This document shows positions 1-9,188 of a stretch of 64,000 nt of DNA, in pieces. Under the pieces are notes generated by a model, which saw only the letters and a list, made by a program, of their open reading frames with translations, was not told where the DNA came from and made no database searches. The stretch spans positions 2,342 through 66,341 of the forward strand of contig JBDNBB010000010.1 of the NCBI GenBank assembly GCA_039768135.1, read 5' to 3'. The DNA is from Polaribacter sp. Its GTDB lineage: Bacteria > Bacteroidota > Bacteroidia > Flavobacteriales > Flavobacteriaceae. The translations under genes and the position numbers were made by a program. Within the stretch, counting starts at the first letter, position 1. Each line of letters starts with the position of its first letter.

Positions 1-1620
1 CTTTGTAGCACCATCAATAGCTGGATCTGTAGAATTTAATCTAATTTTCATAGTTACTTTTTTATCTACATCAGAGTCTCCTTCCACTTTTAAATCTAAT
101 TCAACAATTTTTCCTGGAAAGGTATAATCTGGGTATAAATTATATACTGTAAAGGTTAAATCTTCTCTTATGATAGATACATAACGTGTACCATGCATAA
201 TTCGATCGCGTATAAATTCATACTTTGCTTGAGATACGTTAATTAAACGATCTGGATTGGTTAAATAAATAGCAATAGATTCAGCCATATCCTCATTTGG
301 ATTTTTTGCATGTGCATAAGCCGATACAAATTCTGTAGTATTGTAAGTAGACCAACCACTTGCGGAAGTTGGGTCTTCAAACCAACCCCCAAGTTCTGTC
401 CAATCGTCTTTGGTTGTATTATCAAAAGTATATTGCCACAGAAAGTGTGCTTTTTCATGTAAGATTAAACGTCTAGTCTCGCTTAAATTACCTCCAATAA
501 ACCCTTTACTCATAAACTCTATAGTCTTTAGTCCTGTCCAAGCAATGGCAGCTGCTGGTTTGTAAGTAGGGTCAGGATGTTCTTGCCCATCAATTCTACG
601 AACTAAATATTGTAGCCCTTCTTGTTTATGAAATCCTTCTGGTAATTCCTCGAACATACTCAATATTTCTAGCTTTTCTGTATTGTAGTAATCTTGAAAG
701 TTAGATTTGTCATCTCCCATAAACGTACCATTCTCCTCCCCGAATACTTCTGAAAACTCACTAGGTTTTACAAATTGTATTCCGAAACTTTCTCTTGCAA
801 GCCAGTTTAAAACCTCTTCTTTATTCCCAAAATCAGTAATAAAATTTACTACAGTATGGTATAATCTTTTTGAATAAAATTTACCACGTATTCCATCTAA
901 TTTTACAATTTGAGGATTTGCATAGGTAAACGCACTCTGACTTACAGTTGCATAAGGTATTTCTCCTGAATTATTGATAGTAATATCATCGCTCAACTCA
1001 AGGTCTGTAAGCATAAAAACACCGCGTACATTTTCTCCAGTACTAAAATCTACAGTATTTCCCTCTCCAAATGGATCATATGGTAAATTGGAGAACATTT
1101 TATACAAACGATAACTATCTTCATTTGTCCAAGGTTTTATAGAGTCAGATAGTACAATACCATATTCTGTTCTTAACTTTATTGATGAAAAATCAGTGGG
1201 AACGTTTACAGTATCGTTAAGCACAATAATTTCTGTTGGTTCAGCAATATAAGATTGTGTTGAATGTCCTGCTGCTGACCCATCGTCTACCCAATTGTAT
1301 GTGTAGTCGCCTTCTGTAGCTTCAGTTAGTGTAAATGATACAGAGGTAATAGATGGAATATTAATTACTTGTTGCGAAGCATAAGTATATCCTGTAGCAT
1401 CTAGTTTAACAGCCCATTCACCACTATCTAGTGTAAAATCTACTGAGGCAGTCTCACCATTGCTGTACTTTGCGTACTTTTTAAAAAGTTGCTCTGCCCC
1501 TTTCTTAACAATAACAACTATAGAGTCACTTTCTTTTAAACCATCTACGTTTACAGTAAGTTGAGCGTTTGTTAGGTAAAAAGAAAATACAAAAACAATA
1601 AAAAGGTATTTTTTAAGCAT
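1..1620 (-). CDS. Secreted zincin (HExxH) metallopeptidase-domain protein; 5' part only, runs off the left edge and is absent from the ORF track
   Basis: Manual translation from ATG at 1620 gives MLKKYLFIVFVFSFYLTNAQ (signal peptide). In frame are LILHEKAHFLW (HEKAH at 459-445) and SAYAHAKNPNEDMAES (third-ligand Glu motif). No stop was seen before position 1. Confidence 0.8.
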   Translation of the reverse strand, partial: MLKKYLFIVFVFSFYLTNAQLTVNVDGLKESDSIVVIVKKGAEQLFKKYAKYSNGETASVDFTLDSGEWAVKLDATGYTYASQQVINIPSITSVSFTLTEATEGDYTYNWVDDGSAAGHSTQSYIAEPTEIIVLNDTVNVPTDFSSIKLRTEYGIVLSDSIKPWTNEDSYRLYKMFSNLPYDPFGEGNTVDFSTGENVRGVFMLTDLELSDDITINNSGEIPYATVSQSAFTYANPQIVKLDGIRGKFYSKRLYHTVVNFITDFGNKEEVLNWLARESFGIQFVKPSEFSEVFGEENGTFMGDDKSNFQDYYNTEKLEILSMFEELPEGFHKQEGLQYLVRRIDGQEHPDPTYKPAAAIAWTGLKTIEFMSKGFIGGNLSETRRLILHEKAHFLWQYTFDNTTKDDWTELGGWFEDPTSASGWSTYNTTEFVSAYAHAKNPNEDMAESIAIYLTNPDRLINVSQAKYEFIRDRIMHGTRYVSIIREDLTFTVYNLYPDYTFPGKIVELDLKVEGDSDVDKKVTMKIRLNSTDPAIDGATK

Positions 1621-1681
1621 GATAAATAATTTTATTCTGTGAAATTAAAGCTTATCGTTTATTTTTTTATAAAATGAGTAC

Positions 1682-1720
1682 TTAAATTACTGTCAAAAAA
1701 ACATTTTGACAGTAATTTAA
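1682..1720. promoter_or_regulatory. Perfect 17-bp inverted repeat with a 5-nt loop (terminator, attenuator or operator)
   Basis: TTAAATTACTGTCAAAA-aaaca-TTTTGACAGTAATTTAA, between the EamA stop and the peptidase start. Confidence 0.7.
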
Positions 1721-1743
1721 TACTATTCAAATTATATATTATG

Positions 1744-1790
1744 TAAAAATACCAATCAAAGTCCAATAATTTAGCTCAATTTTAGCTCAT
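1744..1790 (-). promoter_or_regulatory. Putative activator-dependent promoter: 11-bp-period tandem repeat plus -7 box
   Basis: Minus strand ATGAGCTAAA-A-TTGAGCTAAA, 18 nt, TATTTTTA; same architecture as 3984-4030. Confidence 0.55.
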
Positions 1791-1799
1791 TGAGAAAAA

Positions 1800-2648
1800 T
1801 TATTTTGTTTGCAAATGAATAAGAAATGCACCCAAACAAATACTTAAAATGGATAAGGTATCATAAAAACTTATTTTCTCTTTTAAGAAAATAGCAGCAA
1901 AAAGAATTGTAGTTAAAGGGCTTGCTAAAAAAAGTAGTGCAGCAAGAAATGGGTCTGTTATTTTAATGCCAATAAAACTAAAATACATAGCCACGATAAC
2001 TAAGACACTCATTATTAAAACTTTTATAAAATTCATTTTATAATTACCTAAGCTAATCTCTTTCTTAGATTTTAAAAAGAGTAATGAAAAACTTACTATG
2101 AAAACAACTAACTCTTGATTTACGATAATAAAAATCGGAGGTATATTATTCGTCAAGTTTTTCCAGTGGATAATTGAGGCATACGAAAAACAAATTATCA
2201 TTAATAGTAGTAAGCCATGCGCTTTTAAGTTAAGGCGTTTTGTTTTTTTGTAATTGAATACAATATAACTAACATAGCCTAAAATGATAAAGAATAAGCC
2301 TGATAAGGATGGTGTTTTAGTGAAATTTTCAAAAACATAGAGATGTAAATATGTAATTAAAACACCTAACAAATTGTAAATACCTAGCCATTGTAAAGCA
2401 TGTTTTTTTATGACAGTTAACATGCAAATTAAGCCAGTGACACCTAATATAGACCCTAATGTTATTTTTAAAAAGTCGTTACTATTTGGAAATGATTTTA
2501 AAAATAGAAAGGCCAAAAACAATCCGACAACACAATTTACAAATCCTCTAAAAGAGATTAAGAAGAAGGTGTTTACACCTTTTAAATTTTTTTTCCAAAG
2601 AACATTGTTAAAGGAAAACAATAAGATTGATAAAATAATATAACTCAA
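1800..2648 (-). CDS. EamA/DMT family transporter
   Basis: About 10 hydrophobic segments in two repeats; C-terminal SPLTTILFAAIFLKEKI DMT signature. Confidence 0.75.
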   Translation of the reverse strand: MSYIILSILLFSFNNVLWKKNLKGVNTFFLISFRGFVNCVVGLFLAFLFLKSFPNSNDFLKITLGSILGVTGLICMLTVIKKHALQWLGIYNLLGVLITYLHLYVFENFTKTPSLSGLFFIILGYVSYIVFNYKKTKRLNLKAHGLLLLMIICFSYASIIHWKNLTNNIPPIFIIVNQELVVFIVSFSLLFLKSKKEISLGNYKMNFIKVLIMSVLVIVAMYFSFIGIKITDPFLAALLFLASPLTTILFAAIFLKEKISFYDTLSILSICLGAFLIHLQTK

Positions 2649-2651
2649 TGC

Positions 2652-3932
2652 TTATAAATGTTTGTATTGATTTGCAATATCTATAAATTTATAAAAACCT
2701 ATTTTATTTGCTAATCTTTTTATTTCTGAATAATAATAAGCTTGTTGTAATATGTTTTGTTCTAAATACATGATTTTTAACCATGTTACATTATAGAATA
2801 ATGTTAAATAATCGGTATATCCTAATTCTACTTTTTCTAAATCTATGAGATTTAAATTTATTTTTGCTGCCCTAATATTGTTGTTAAAAATATTTACGTT
2901 TGCTAGGCCAATTAAAAAGTTAAATCCTTGACCATCAGCTGTCCATCGGTCTCTTGTGAAAATTTCTTCATAGTATTTATTAAATATAGTATCTAGATAC
3001 TCAAACTCCTCTTTAATAATTAAAGAGGGAACAATTTCTATTAAAAACAGTTTGGGATCAATTTTATTTAGATAATCATTAATATCTTTTTTTAAAGTAG
3101 TAGTTAAAATTCTCTCGTTTAGAATTAAATATCCAAAATACCTACTCATTAAAACAGGATGAAATTTTGTGTTTATTGCAGGTAATTTTATTTTTTTTGT
3201 AACATTTTTTTCTTTACTATAAAAGCTTTTTAAATATTCCATTAATTCTACAAAAAGAACTTCAGATTTATCGTGATTTAGTTTTTTTATTAATTTTAAT
3301 ACTTGATAATAGTACCCATTTAAATAGCTGTAATCTATATTATACAAAGGAATGCAGTATCTAAAACTATTTAAATGAATTAATTTTTTATACAAATTAA
3401 TTTTGTTTTTATCGTCTAACTTATAAAATCCGTGAGTTGTAATAATTGCAAATTTAACTTTTGTACTGTCTAAAATTTTATCATATTCTAAACCTGAAAA
3501 AAAAGGGGCTAAAACATTTGTATTTTGGTTCGAAATAAGGGTAGCTATATAATCACTTATTAAAACCACATTAGTATTGTTGTATAAGCTTTGATAAAAA
3601 GATTTTAGATCTGATTCAGTAAAATCTAAATTATCCTTTTCTATTCGTAGTAGTTTCATCTTGAAATACCAGTTATCGTAAATATTTCTATTGTTTAGAT
3701 AACCACTATATGAGTTAAATCCAAGGTATTTAGAGAGCGTATCTAGGGTTTTTTTAGAAAAACTTGTTTTGGGTAAAAATCCATATAGTCTTCGAAGTGT
3801 ATTAAAAGAAACCGAGGTGTTTGTAACAAATTTAATATCTTCTTCTAAAAGTTTTATATCACTAACTTTAACAACATTAATATTCGATTTGTTTCTTATA
3901 TCTATTAAAAGTTGAGATACCTCTGCTACCAT
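2652..3932 (-). CDS. Hypothetical regulator: N-terminal Bacteroidetes HTH-like domain plus helical (TPR-like) C-terminus
   Basis: SVSFNTLRRLYG...SKKTLDTLSKYLGFNSY resembles an XRE-like HTH; the rest looks amphipathic-helical with no transmembrane segment. Confidence 0.55.
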   Translation of the reverse strand: MVAEVSQLLIDIRNKSNINVVKVSDIKLLEEDIKFVTNTSVSFNTLRRLYGFLPKTSFSKKTLDTLSKYLGFNSYSGYLNNRNIYDNWYFKMKLLRIEKDNLDFTESDLKSFYQSLYNNTNVVLISDYIATLISNQNTNVLAPFFSGLEYDKILDSTKVKFAIITTHGFYKLDDKNKINLYKKLIHLNSFRYCIPLYNIDYSYLNGYYYQVLKLIKKLNHDKSEVLFVELMEYLKSFYSKEKNVTKKIKLPAINTKFHPVLMSRYFGYLILNERILTTTLKKDINDYLNKIDPKLFLIEIVPSLIIKEEFEYLDTIFNKYYEEIFTRDRWTADGQGFNFLIGLANVNIFNNNIRAAKINLNLIDLEKVELGYTDYLTLFYNVTWLKIMYLEQNILQQAYYYSEIKRLANKIGFYKFIDIANQYKHL

Positions 3933-3983
3933 TTTGTCCTTATTTAGATATTTTTATATATAAATATAGTTTAATTTCTGAAC

Positions 3984-4030
3984 TTGAGCTAAACTTGGGC
4001 AAAATTATTTATAGAGTTACGCTACATTTG
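3984..4030 (+). promoter_or_regulatory. Putative activator-dependent promoter divergent from the HTH gene
   Basis: TTGAGCTAAA-C-TTGGGCAAAA, 18 nt, TACATTTG (matches the Bacteroidetes -7 consensus TAnnTTTG). Confidence 0.6.
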
Positions 4031-4077
4031 TATTGAGATTGAAAAAGAAGAAGTATAATTTATTTTATACACCAACT

Positions 4078-4109
4078 AAACCTTAGCTTATTGTAGCTAA
4101 GGTTTTTTT
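4078..4109 (+). terminator. Intrinsic terminator
   Basis: AAACCTTAGCT-tattgt-AGCTAAGGTTT followed by a T run on the + strand; may also terminate the AraC gene on the - strand. Confidence 0.75.
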
Positions 4110-4146
4110 GTTAAAAAGACTACTTTAAAATAGATTGCAGATACCA

Positions 4147-5268
4147 TTAAGTGTTTTCTTGAAAAGATTTTGGTGTTTTACCAGTTTCTTTTTTAAATGC
4201 CCTATAAAAAGTATTGATAGAATTAAAACCACATTCTTCAGACAATGCATCTACAGAATATTCATTTAGATATCCTTTTTTAATTAATTCTTTACTGTAG
4301 TTTATTTTTATATGATTTATCCAAGCACTAAAGCTTGTATATTCTAATTGAATTATTTTAGTTAAATAATTTTTAGGAATTCCTATTTTTTGTGAAATTC
4401 CATACAAATCGTTAGTATCTGTAAAGTATTTTTTTGTGTATACAATTTCAGCAATTTCTTTTAAACTAAGAACTACATGCTCACTATTTTCCAGTGAATT
4501 TATAGGGTTGAAAGATTTTAGTTTCTGTAATACTTTTTGATTCCAGAATAAATAAAAGCTTAATAAAAAGAAAAAAAAGACCGTTAAAAATAAAGGGAAA
4601 TTAGTAAAGAACTCGCCAGAGTACTCTTCTAAAAAGAAGTAAGAGCTAGCTACAGTAATTACTAAACTCAAAAAAAAGAAAGTCTGAATTCTAACAAAGT
4701 TAAATAACCAGCCATAGAGTGTTTTTTCTTTTTCGAGTACTTCTTTTCCCTTTTTAGAAATTAACAAAAACCATTGTAAAATGATATAGAGAATAGGATG
4801 TAGAATTCGTCCTAAATTATTTATAACTTCTGGAATTAATCCAACGTTATCTTTATGTGTCAATGAAATATCTTTTGCTACGTTAAGAACATAAACATAT
4901 TTTTCATCTAAGCTCATAAAATAAAAAGGCAGGTAGCTTATTAGGAAAATTATAAATGGTAAAAAATGTAGCGCATTTTTTATCTGAAAATAAGGTTCTC
5001 TTTTTACGATAAAATAAACATGAAAATAAGCGGCAGGTGCAATTAGGTAGGTAATTGGAGCTGCAAGTTTGTATAGATAAGGCACACTTGTAATGTATTC
5101 GTACTTTATAAGTAGAAAAAAACTAAAACAAATAGCATTAAAGATTAAATAAGCCGCTAGAGAATTTGTATGCAGAGAAAAGTTGTTTGGCTTTAATTTA
5201 AGCCATAGAAAAATACCTATTAAAATAGACAGAATAATATTAATAAAATAAAGTAAATCAAATATCAT
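4147..5268 (-). CDS. Membrane-anchored AraC-family transcriptional regulator
   Basis: About 7 N-terminal TM helices; C-terminal SVDALSEECGFNSINTFYRAFKKETGKTP AraC HTH. Confidence 0.9.
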   Translation of the reverse strand: MIFDLLYFINIILSILIGIFLWLKLKPNNFSLHTNSLAAYLIFNAICFSFFLLIKYEYITSVPYLYKLAAPITYLIAPAAYFHVYFIVKREPYFQIKNALHFLPFIIFLISYLPFYFMSLDEKYVYVLNVAKDISLTHKDNVGLIPEVINNLGRILHPILYIILQWFLLISKKGKEVLEKEKTLYGWLFNFVRIQTFFFLSLVITVASSYFFLEEYSGEFFTNFPLFLTVFFFFLLSFYLFWNQKVLQKLKSFNPINSLENSEHVVLSLKEIAEIVYTKKYFTDTNDLYGISQKIGIPKNYLTKIIQLEYTSFSAWINHIKINYSKELIKKGYLNEYSVDALSEECGFNSINTFYRAFKKETGKTPKSFQENT

Positions 5269-5290
5269 ATAGAGTCTTTGTAGAAGAAAA

Positions 5291-5318
5291 TAGACGTTAT
5301 GTTAGTTTATAGATTACA
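5291..5318 (-). promoter_or_regulatory. ECF-sigma-like promoter TGTAAT-N16-CGTCTA
   Basis: Motif lies 22 nt upstream of the AraC start; the same spacing recurs at three other loci. Confidence 0.6.
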
Positions 5319-5622
5319 AATTATTATTAAAATAATCTTTTTTTTACTTAGGTAAAGGTACACATTTTGTCTAAAATTTTAATGATACAGTCATCTTTGA
5401 TTTGCATATTTTTGTTCCAAACAACCAAATAAAAGGCCAAAAAAATACTTACACAAATAATAAAAAAGAGAAGTAATATATTTTTTTCTTTAAAATGTAG
5501 GGTATATAATTAGTGTTTGAAATTGTTAAAGAGTTATCTAGATTACATATTTTAAAAATAGAAAGATCGCTTTAGCTTAAAAATGGTAAAAACTTAGGAC
5601 AAAATACTAACAGCTAATAAAT

Positions 5623-6510
5623 CTATTTACTTTTACTTAATGGATACAATTCCTGTTGCACAAAATTTTTTGGAAAATTCGAATCATCCTCAAAACCAAG
5701 TTCAATATCTCTACCAGAATAAGGAATATAGTTGGTTTTGAATAAGTAGTCCCAAACACTCAAGGTTAGTGCAAAATTTACACCATACTCATGGTTTTTA
5801 GGCAACTCTTTAGCATGATGCCAAATGTGCATTTTTGGATTGTTTAAAATATATTTTAAACATCCATAATCCCAATTAATATTGGCATGGTTAAGATGTC
5901 CAATAGTAATATTAAAAAAATGAACAATAGCAACATCTTCTGCAGAAAACCCACCAACAATAGCAAGCGGAATGTAACGTAGCGAATTGTAAATTACAGG
6001 TTCCATCCAGTGGTAACGCAAATGGGCTGCAAAGCCCATCTCTTTTACAGAGTGATGTACTTTGTGAAAATTCCATAAAAAATCGACTCGATGCAGCAAA
6101 CGATGTGTCCACCATTGAGTAAAATCGACTACAATAAAGAAAATAAGGATACGTAGTAAAAAAGGTAGGCTATTTAAATCTAGCAACTGAAAACTACTTA
6201 TAGTTAAACCGATTAACACTAACAAATCATTAAAAATTTCGGCTGCAGTGTTGGATAAGGCAATTAAAACAATAAGATTTAATAGAAAAAAGTTAAAGAA
6301 CATGTAAAAGGTATCCAACCAAAAATCTTTACGAAACAAAGATTGATTTTTACGCCAAGGAAACAAAGCCTCTAAACCCCAAACTAAAAAAGAGATAAGC
6401 AGTAACCCATAAAAATAATTTTCCCAATCTAATTTGAATAATATCAAATTTTCCAAGTAGTTCCAGTAGCCTGAATATGAGTTTTTTATGATGTTAAAAT
6501 ACTTTTCCAT
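5623..6510 (-). CDS. Sterol desaturase / fatty acid hydroxylase family membrane di-metal enzyme
   Basis: His boxes HRLLH, HKVHH, HLNHAN, HIWHH; TM segments. Confidence 0.9.
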   Translation of the reverse strand: MEKYFNIIKNSYSGYWNYLENLILFKLDWENYFYGLLLISFLVWGLEALFPWRKNQSLFRKDFWLDTFYMFFNFFLLNLIVLIALSNTAAEIFNDLLVLIGLTISSFQLLDLNSLPFLLRILIFFIVVDFTQWWTHRLLHRVDFLWNFHKVHHSVKEMGFAAHLRYHWMEPVIYNSLRYIPLAIVGGFSAEDVAIVHFFNITIGHLNHANINWDYGCLKYILNNPKMHIWHHAKELPKNHEYGVNFALTLSVWDYLFKTNYIPYSGRDIELGFEDDSNFPKNFVQQELYPLSKSK

Positions 6511-6566
6511 TATACCCGCAAATATACAAAATGCAATAATTCCCTTTAAGAAAATTTAATTAATTA

Positions 6567-7385
6567 TTAAAAAGCACCAAAATACACTCCCTGTGTATTT
6601 AAAAAGGTGCTAGTCTTAGAGTTCAAATCTAAAGGTCTACCGATATAAGACGTGGCTTTTAAATCCAATTCTTTAAAAATACAAACAGTTGCTGCAAAAT
6701 CCCAAAGGCTACCTCCGCCAAGAGCTGTTTTGGTGGGTTTTATGAGTAGTGCTGGTCTGTGTTCTGCTACTAAAAGGGCATTCAACACAGCTCCACCACC
6801 CGAAACTTCCTTAAATTGTGTTAAACACAATTCTTTTAAGTGCTTTTCAATATGCCCTAAAATTTGTTCTTTTTGTGGGGTGTTTGCTAAGGTTTTATCG
6901 GTAACGTAGGTAAGTGTGTTTTTAGGTTGAGTTAATACCCAACGTTTTCCATTTTTAAAGGCTCCTTGGTCTTTTATGCCCACATACAAGGTATCGGTAC
7001 TGGGGTCTAAAACTACCCCAATAACAGGAATTCCTTCTTTAGAAACTAATGCTATGGAAACCGAAAAACCTGCGTGTTTGTTAATAAAGGCTAACGTGCC
7101 ATCTAAAGGATCTATACACCAAAAATAGTCCATTATAAATCGGCTTTGGTCGTCTTCTGTTTCTTCAGTCAATAATCCAAGGTTGTATTTGTTACAGGTA
7201 GGTGTCAAATATTTGAGAATTATTTTTTCGCAGGCTTTATCTACAGAAGTGACTACTTGCGATGCTAAAGTGTTGCCTCCTTTTTTGTGTTTTACATCAA
7301 TTGTTTTATGTAAAGCGTTCTGTATTATCTTGCCTGCTTCTAAAGCAGCTTTTGTAGCAATATCGGCTAATGCATTAAAGTCCAT
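6567..7385 (-). CDS. Inositol monophosphatase / CysQ-like phosphatase
   Basis: [15 protein letters not shown] and WDFAA motifs. Confidence 0.9.
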   Translation of the reverse strand: MDFNALADIATKAALEAGKIIQNALHKTIDVKHKKGGNTLASQVVTSVDKACEKIILKYLTPTCNKYNLGLLTEETEDDQSRFIMDYFWCIDPLDGTLAFINKHAGFSVSIALVSKEGIPVIGVVLDPSTDTLYVGIKDQGAFKNGKRWVLTQPKNTLTYVTDKTLANTPQKEQILGHIEKHLKELCLTQFKEVSGGGAVLNALLVAEHRPALLIKPTKTALGGGSLWDFAATVCIFKELDLKATSYIGRPLDLNSKTSTFLNTQGVYFGAF

Positions 7386-8340
7386 TAGAAAGTTCTTTAA
7401 CTACATTTTGAGTAATGCGTTCACTATAAGAGTTTAGTTTCCAATGACCTGGGCTCCAACCTTTTAAAAAACGATGAAAATCTGCCCAAGCATAAGGGTA
7501 TAAAGCGCGCCATTCTTCTTCTAAGTCTTTGTGTTCTGTGCCTAATACTTTGTGCAAATGGGTAAAATAGCTAGTAAGAATATCGGCTTCTAAACGTTCG
7601 CATTCTTCCTCTGGTAAACAGCTACCCATAAAATAGGCAACATCTTTTATACCACAACCACCGCCTACATATTGAAAATCGACACCAGCTACTTTATCAT
7701 TGGCAGAAAAACAAAAGTTGGCCAACTTTGCATCTCCATGAATAAAGGTTTTATATCTGCAATCGTTTAATTTCTGATCAATGAAGGGTGCTGCTTTTTT
7801 TAAACGAGCATCTGCTAAGGCTGTTAATTCTTGAGGTCTTGTAGCCAAGTGCCAATAGCTACCAATAGACCACAAGTTTTGAGGACTTTGACCTAAGTAA
7901 GACGCATGAAAATTGGCCAGCCATGCTAAACAATTGTCAATACCTTGCCAAGAAATATGTTGTTTTCGATGTATATAACCAGCAGTATCTAAATCTTCTA
8001 AGACAATACACACTTCGTTGTTTTGTTGTCGAATACCATAACATTTTGGTAAACGTGCTTTGCTATGCTGCGCATATTGGGTATACCAAGCTGTTTCTAC
8101 TTGATACGATTTTAACTTGCGTTCATGACCAAATTGGGAGTTCCAACCTCTGGGGTGTTGCTGTTGTTTTGGGTATTGTACATTTTTAATCACAACACTT
8201 TGCAGAGGACTACCTTTTAGGGCAAAACGTTTAATGTGCCCATAGCCACTCCATAATTCTTGAATAAGTTCCACTTCTTGTAAAGAAGTAGCGCCTGTTT
8301 TTTCTAAAATAAAAGATGTAAAGCTGTGGTTCATAAACAA
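7375..8340 (-). CDS. APH/choline/ecdysteroid-kinase-like small-molecule phosphotransferase
   Basis: HGDAKLAN (HxDxxxxN) and DFQY motifs; overlaps the phosphatase by 11 nt; ATG at 8334 is a likely alternative start. Confidence 0.85.
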   Translation of the reverse strand: MFMNHSFTSFILEKTGATSLQEVELIQELWSGYGHIKRFALKGSPLQSVVIKNVQYPKQQQHPRGWNSQFGHERKLKSYQVETAWYTQYAQHSKARLPKCYGIRQQNNEVCIVLEDLDTAGYIHRKQHISWQGIDNCLAWLANFHASYLGQSPQNLWSIGSYWHLATRPQELTALADARLKKAAPFIDQKLNDCRYKTFIHGDAKLANFCFSANDKVAGVDFQYVGGGCGIKDVAYFMGSCLPEEECERLEADILTSYFTHLHKVLGTEHKDLEEEWRALYPYAWADFHRFLKGWSPGHWKLNSYSERITQNVVKELSNGL

Positions 8341-8356
8341 AATCAGAAAGGTACAA

Positions 8357-9181
8357 TTACAACTTAGCTAGGACCTCTTTGAATAGTGTAATCATTTTAG
8401 GTTCTGCTTGGCCAGCAATAGCAATAATTTCAGCAATGTCTACAGGTTGCAAATTCTTAGGATCACATTCATCGGTTAATACAGAAATAGCTGCACAAGG
8501 TAAATTTAATTGCTTGGCAACAATTACCTCTGGTACAGTACTCATACCTACAGCATCTACCTCTAAAATTTGTAACATTCTATATTCTGCTCTAGTTTCT
8601 AACTGAGGCCCTAATACACTTGCATAAGTTCCTGTGTGCAGTTGAATATTATTTTCGGTAGCGATTAAATTTAGTGCTGTATTCATCTTTTTCGAATATG
8701 GTTCTAGCATATCAGCAAAGATATTCCCAAATTTATTAGCGCCTTTAAAAGCTAATGGTGAGCTGCCTTGTAGATTAATATGATCTTCAATCAACATTAA
8801 ATCGCCTTTTTTGTAATCTAAATTAATAGCTCCTGCTGCATTAGAAATTAATAAATGCTGTATGCCTAAGCCATGCATGGTACGTATCCCATAAGTAACC
8901 TCCCATGGGGTGTATCCTTCATACAAATGAAAACGCCCAGACATCACTAAAATCATTTTACCTGACAATTTTCCATAGATAATTTTACCTGAATGGAATT
9001 CTACTGTAGCAATAGGAAAGTTAGGAATATCTTCATAAGCAACCTCTTGTACTATTTCTATTTCATCTACTAGTTTTCCTAAACCAGTTCCTAATACAAT
9101 ACCTACTTGTGGGGCAGTGATGCCTTGTTCTTTTAAAAAAGTGATTGTTTCTTGTAACTGTGCTGCTTTCATAATGCGCAA
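8357..9181 (-). CDS. Purine-nucleoside phosphorylase (trimeric PNP/MTAP family)
   Basis: [30 protein letters not shown] and SVLTD motifs; ATG at 9172 is a possible start. Confidence 0.92.
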   Translation of the reverse strand: MRIMKAAQLQETITFLKEQGITAPQVGIVLGTGLGKLVDEIEIVQEVAYEDIPNFPIATVEFHSGKIIYGKLSGKMILVMSGRFHLYEGYTPWEVTYGIRTMHGLGIQHLLISNAAGAINLDYKKGDLMLIEDHINLQGSSPLAFKGANKFGNIFADMLEPYSKKMNTALNLIATENNIQLHTGTYASVLGPQLETRAEYRMLQILEVDAVGMSTVPEVIVAKQLNLPCAAISVLTDECDPKNLQPVDIAEIIAIAGQAEPKMITLFKEVLAKL

Positions 9182-9188
9182 ATGTATT

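Noticed and set aside
261-458. 65-aa ORF in the track
   Set aside because: Out-of-frame shadow inside the long peptidase ORF (1620 to the left edge) on the same strand
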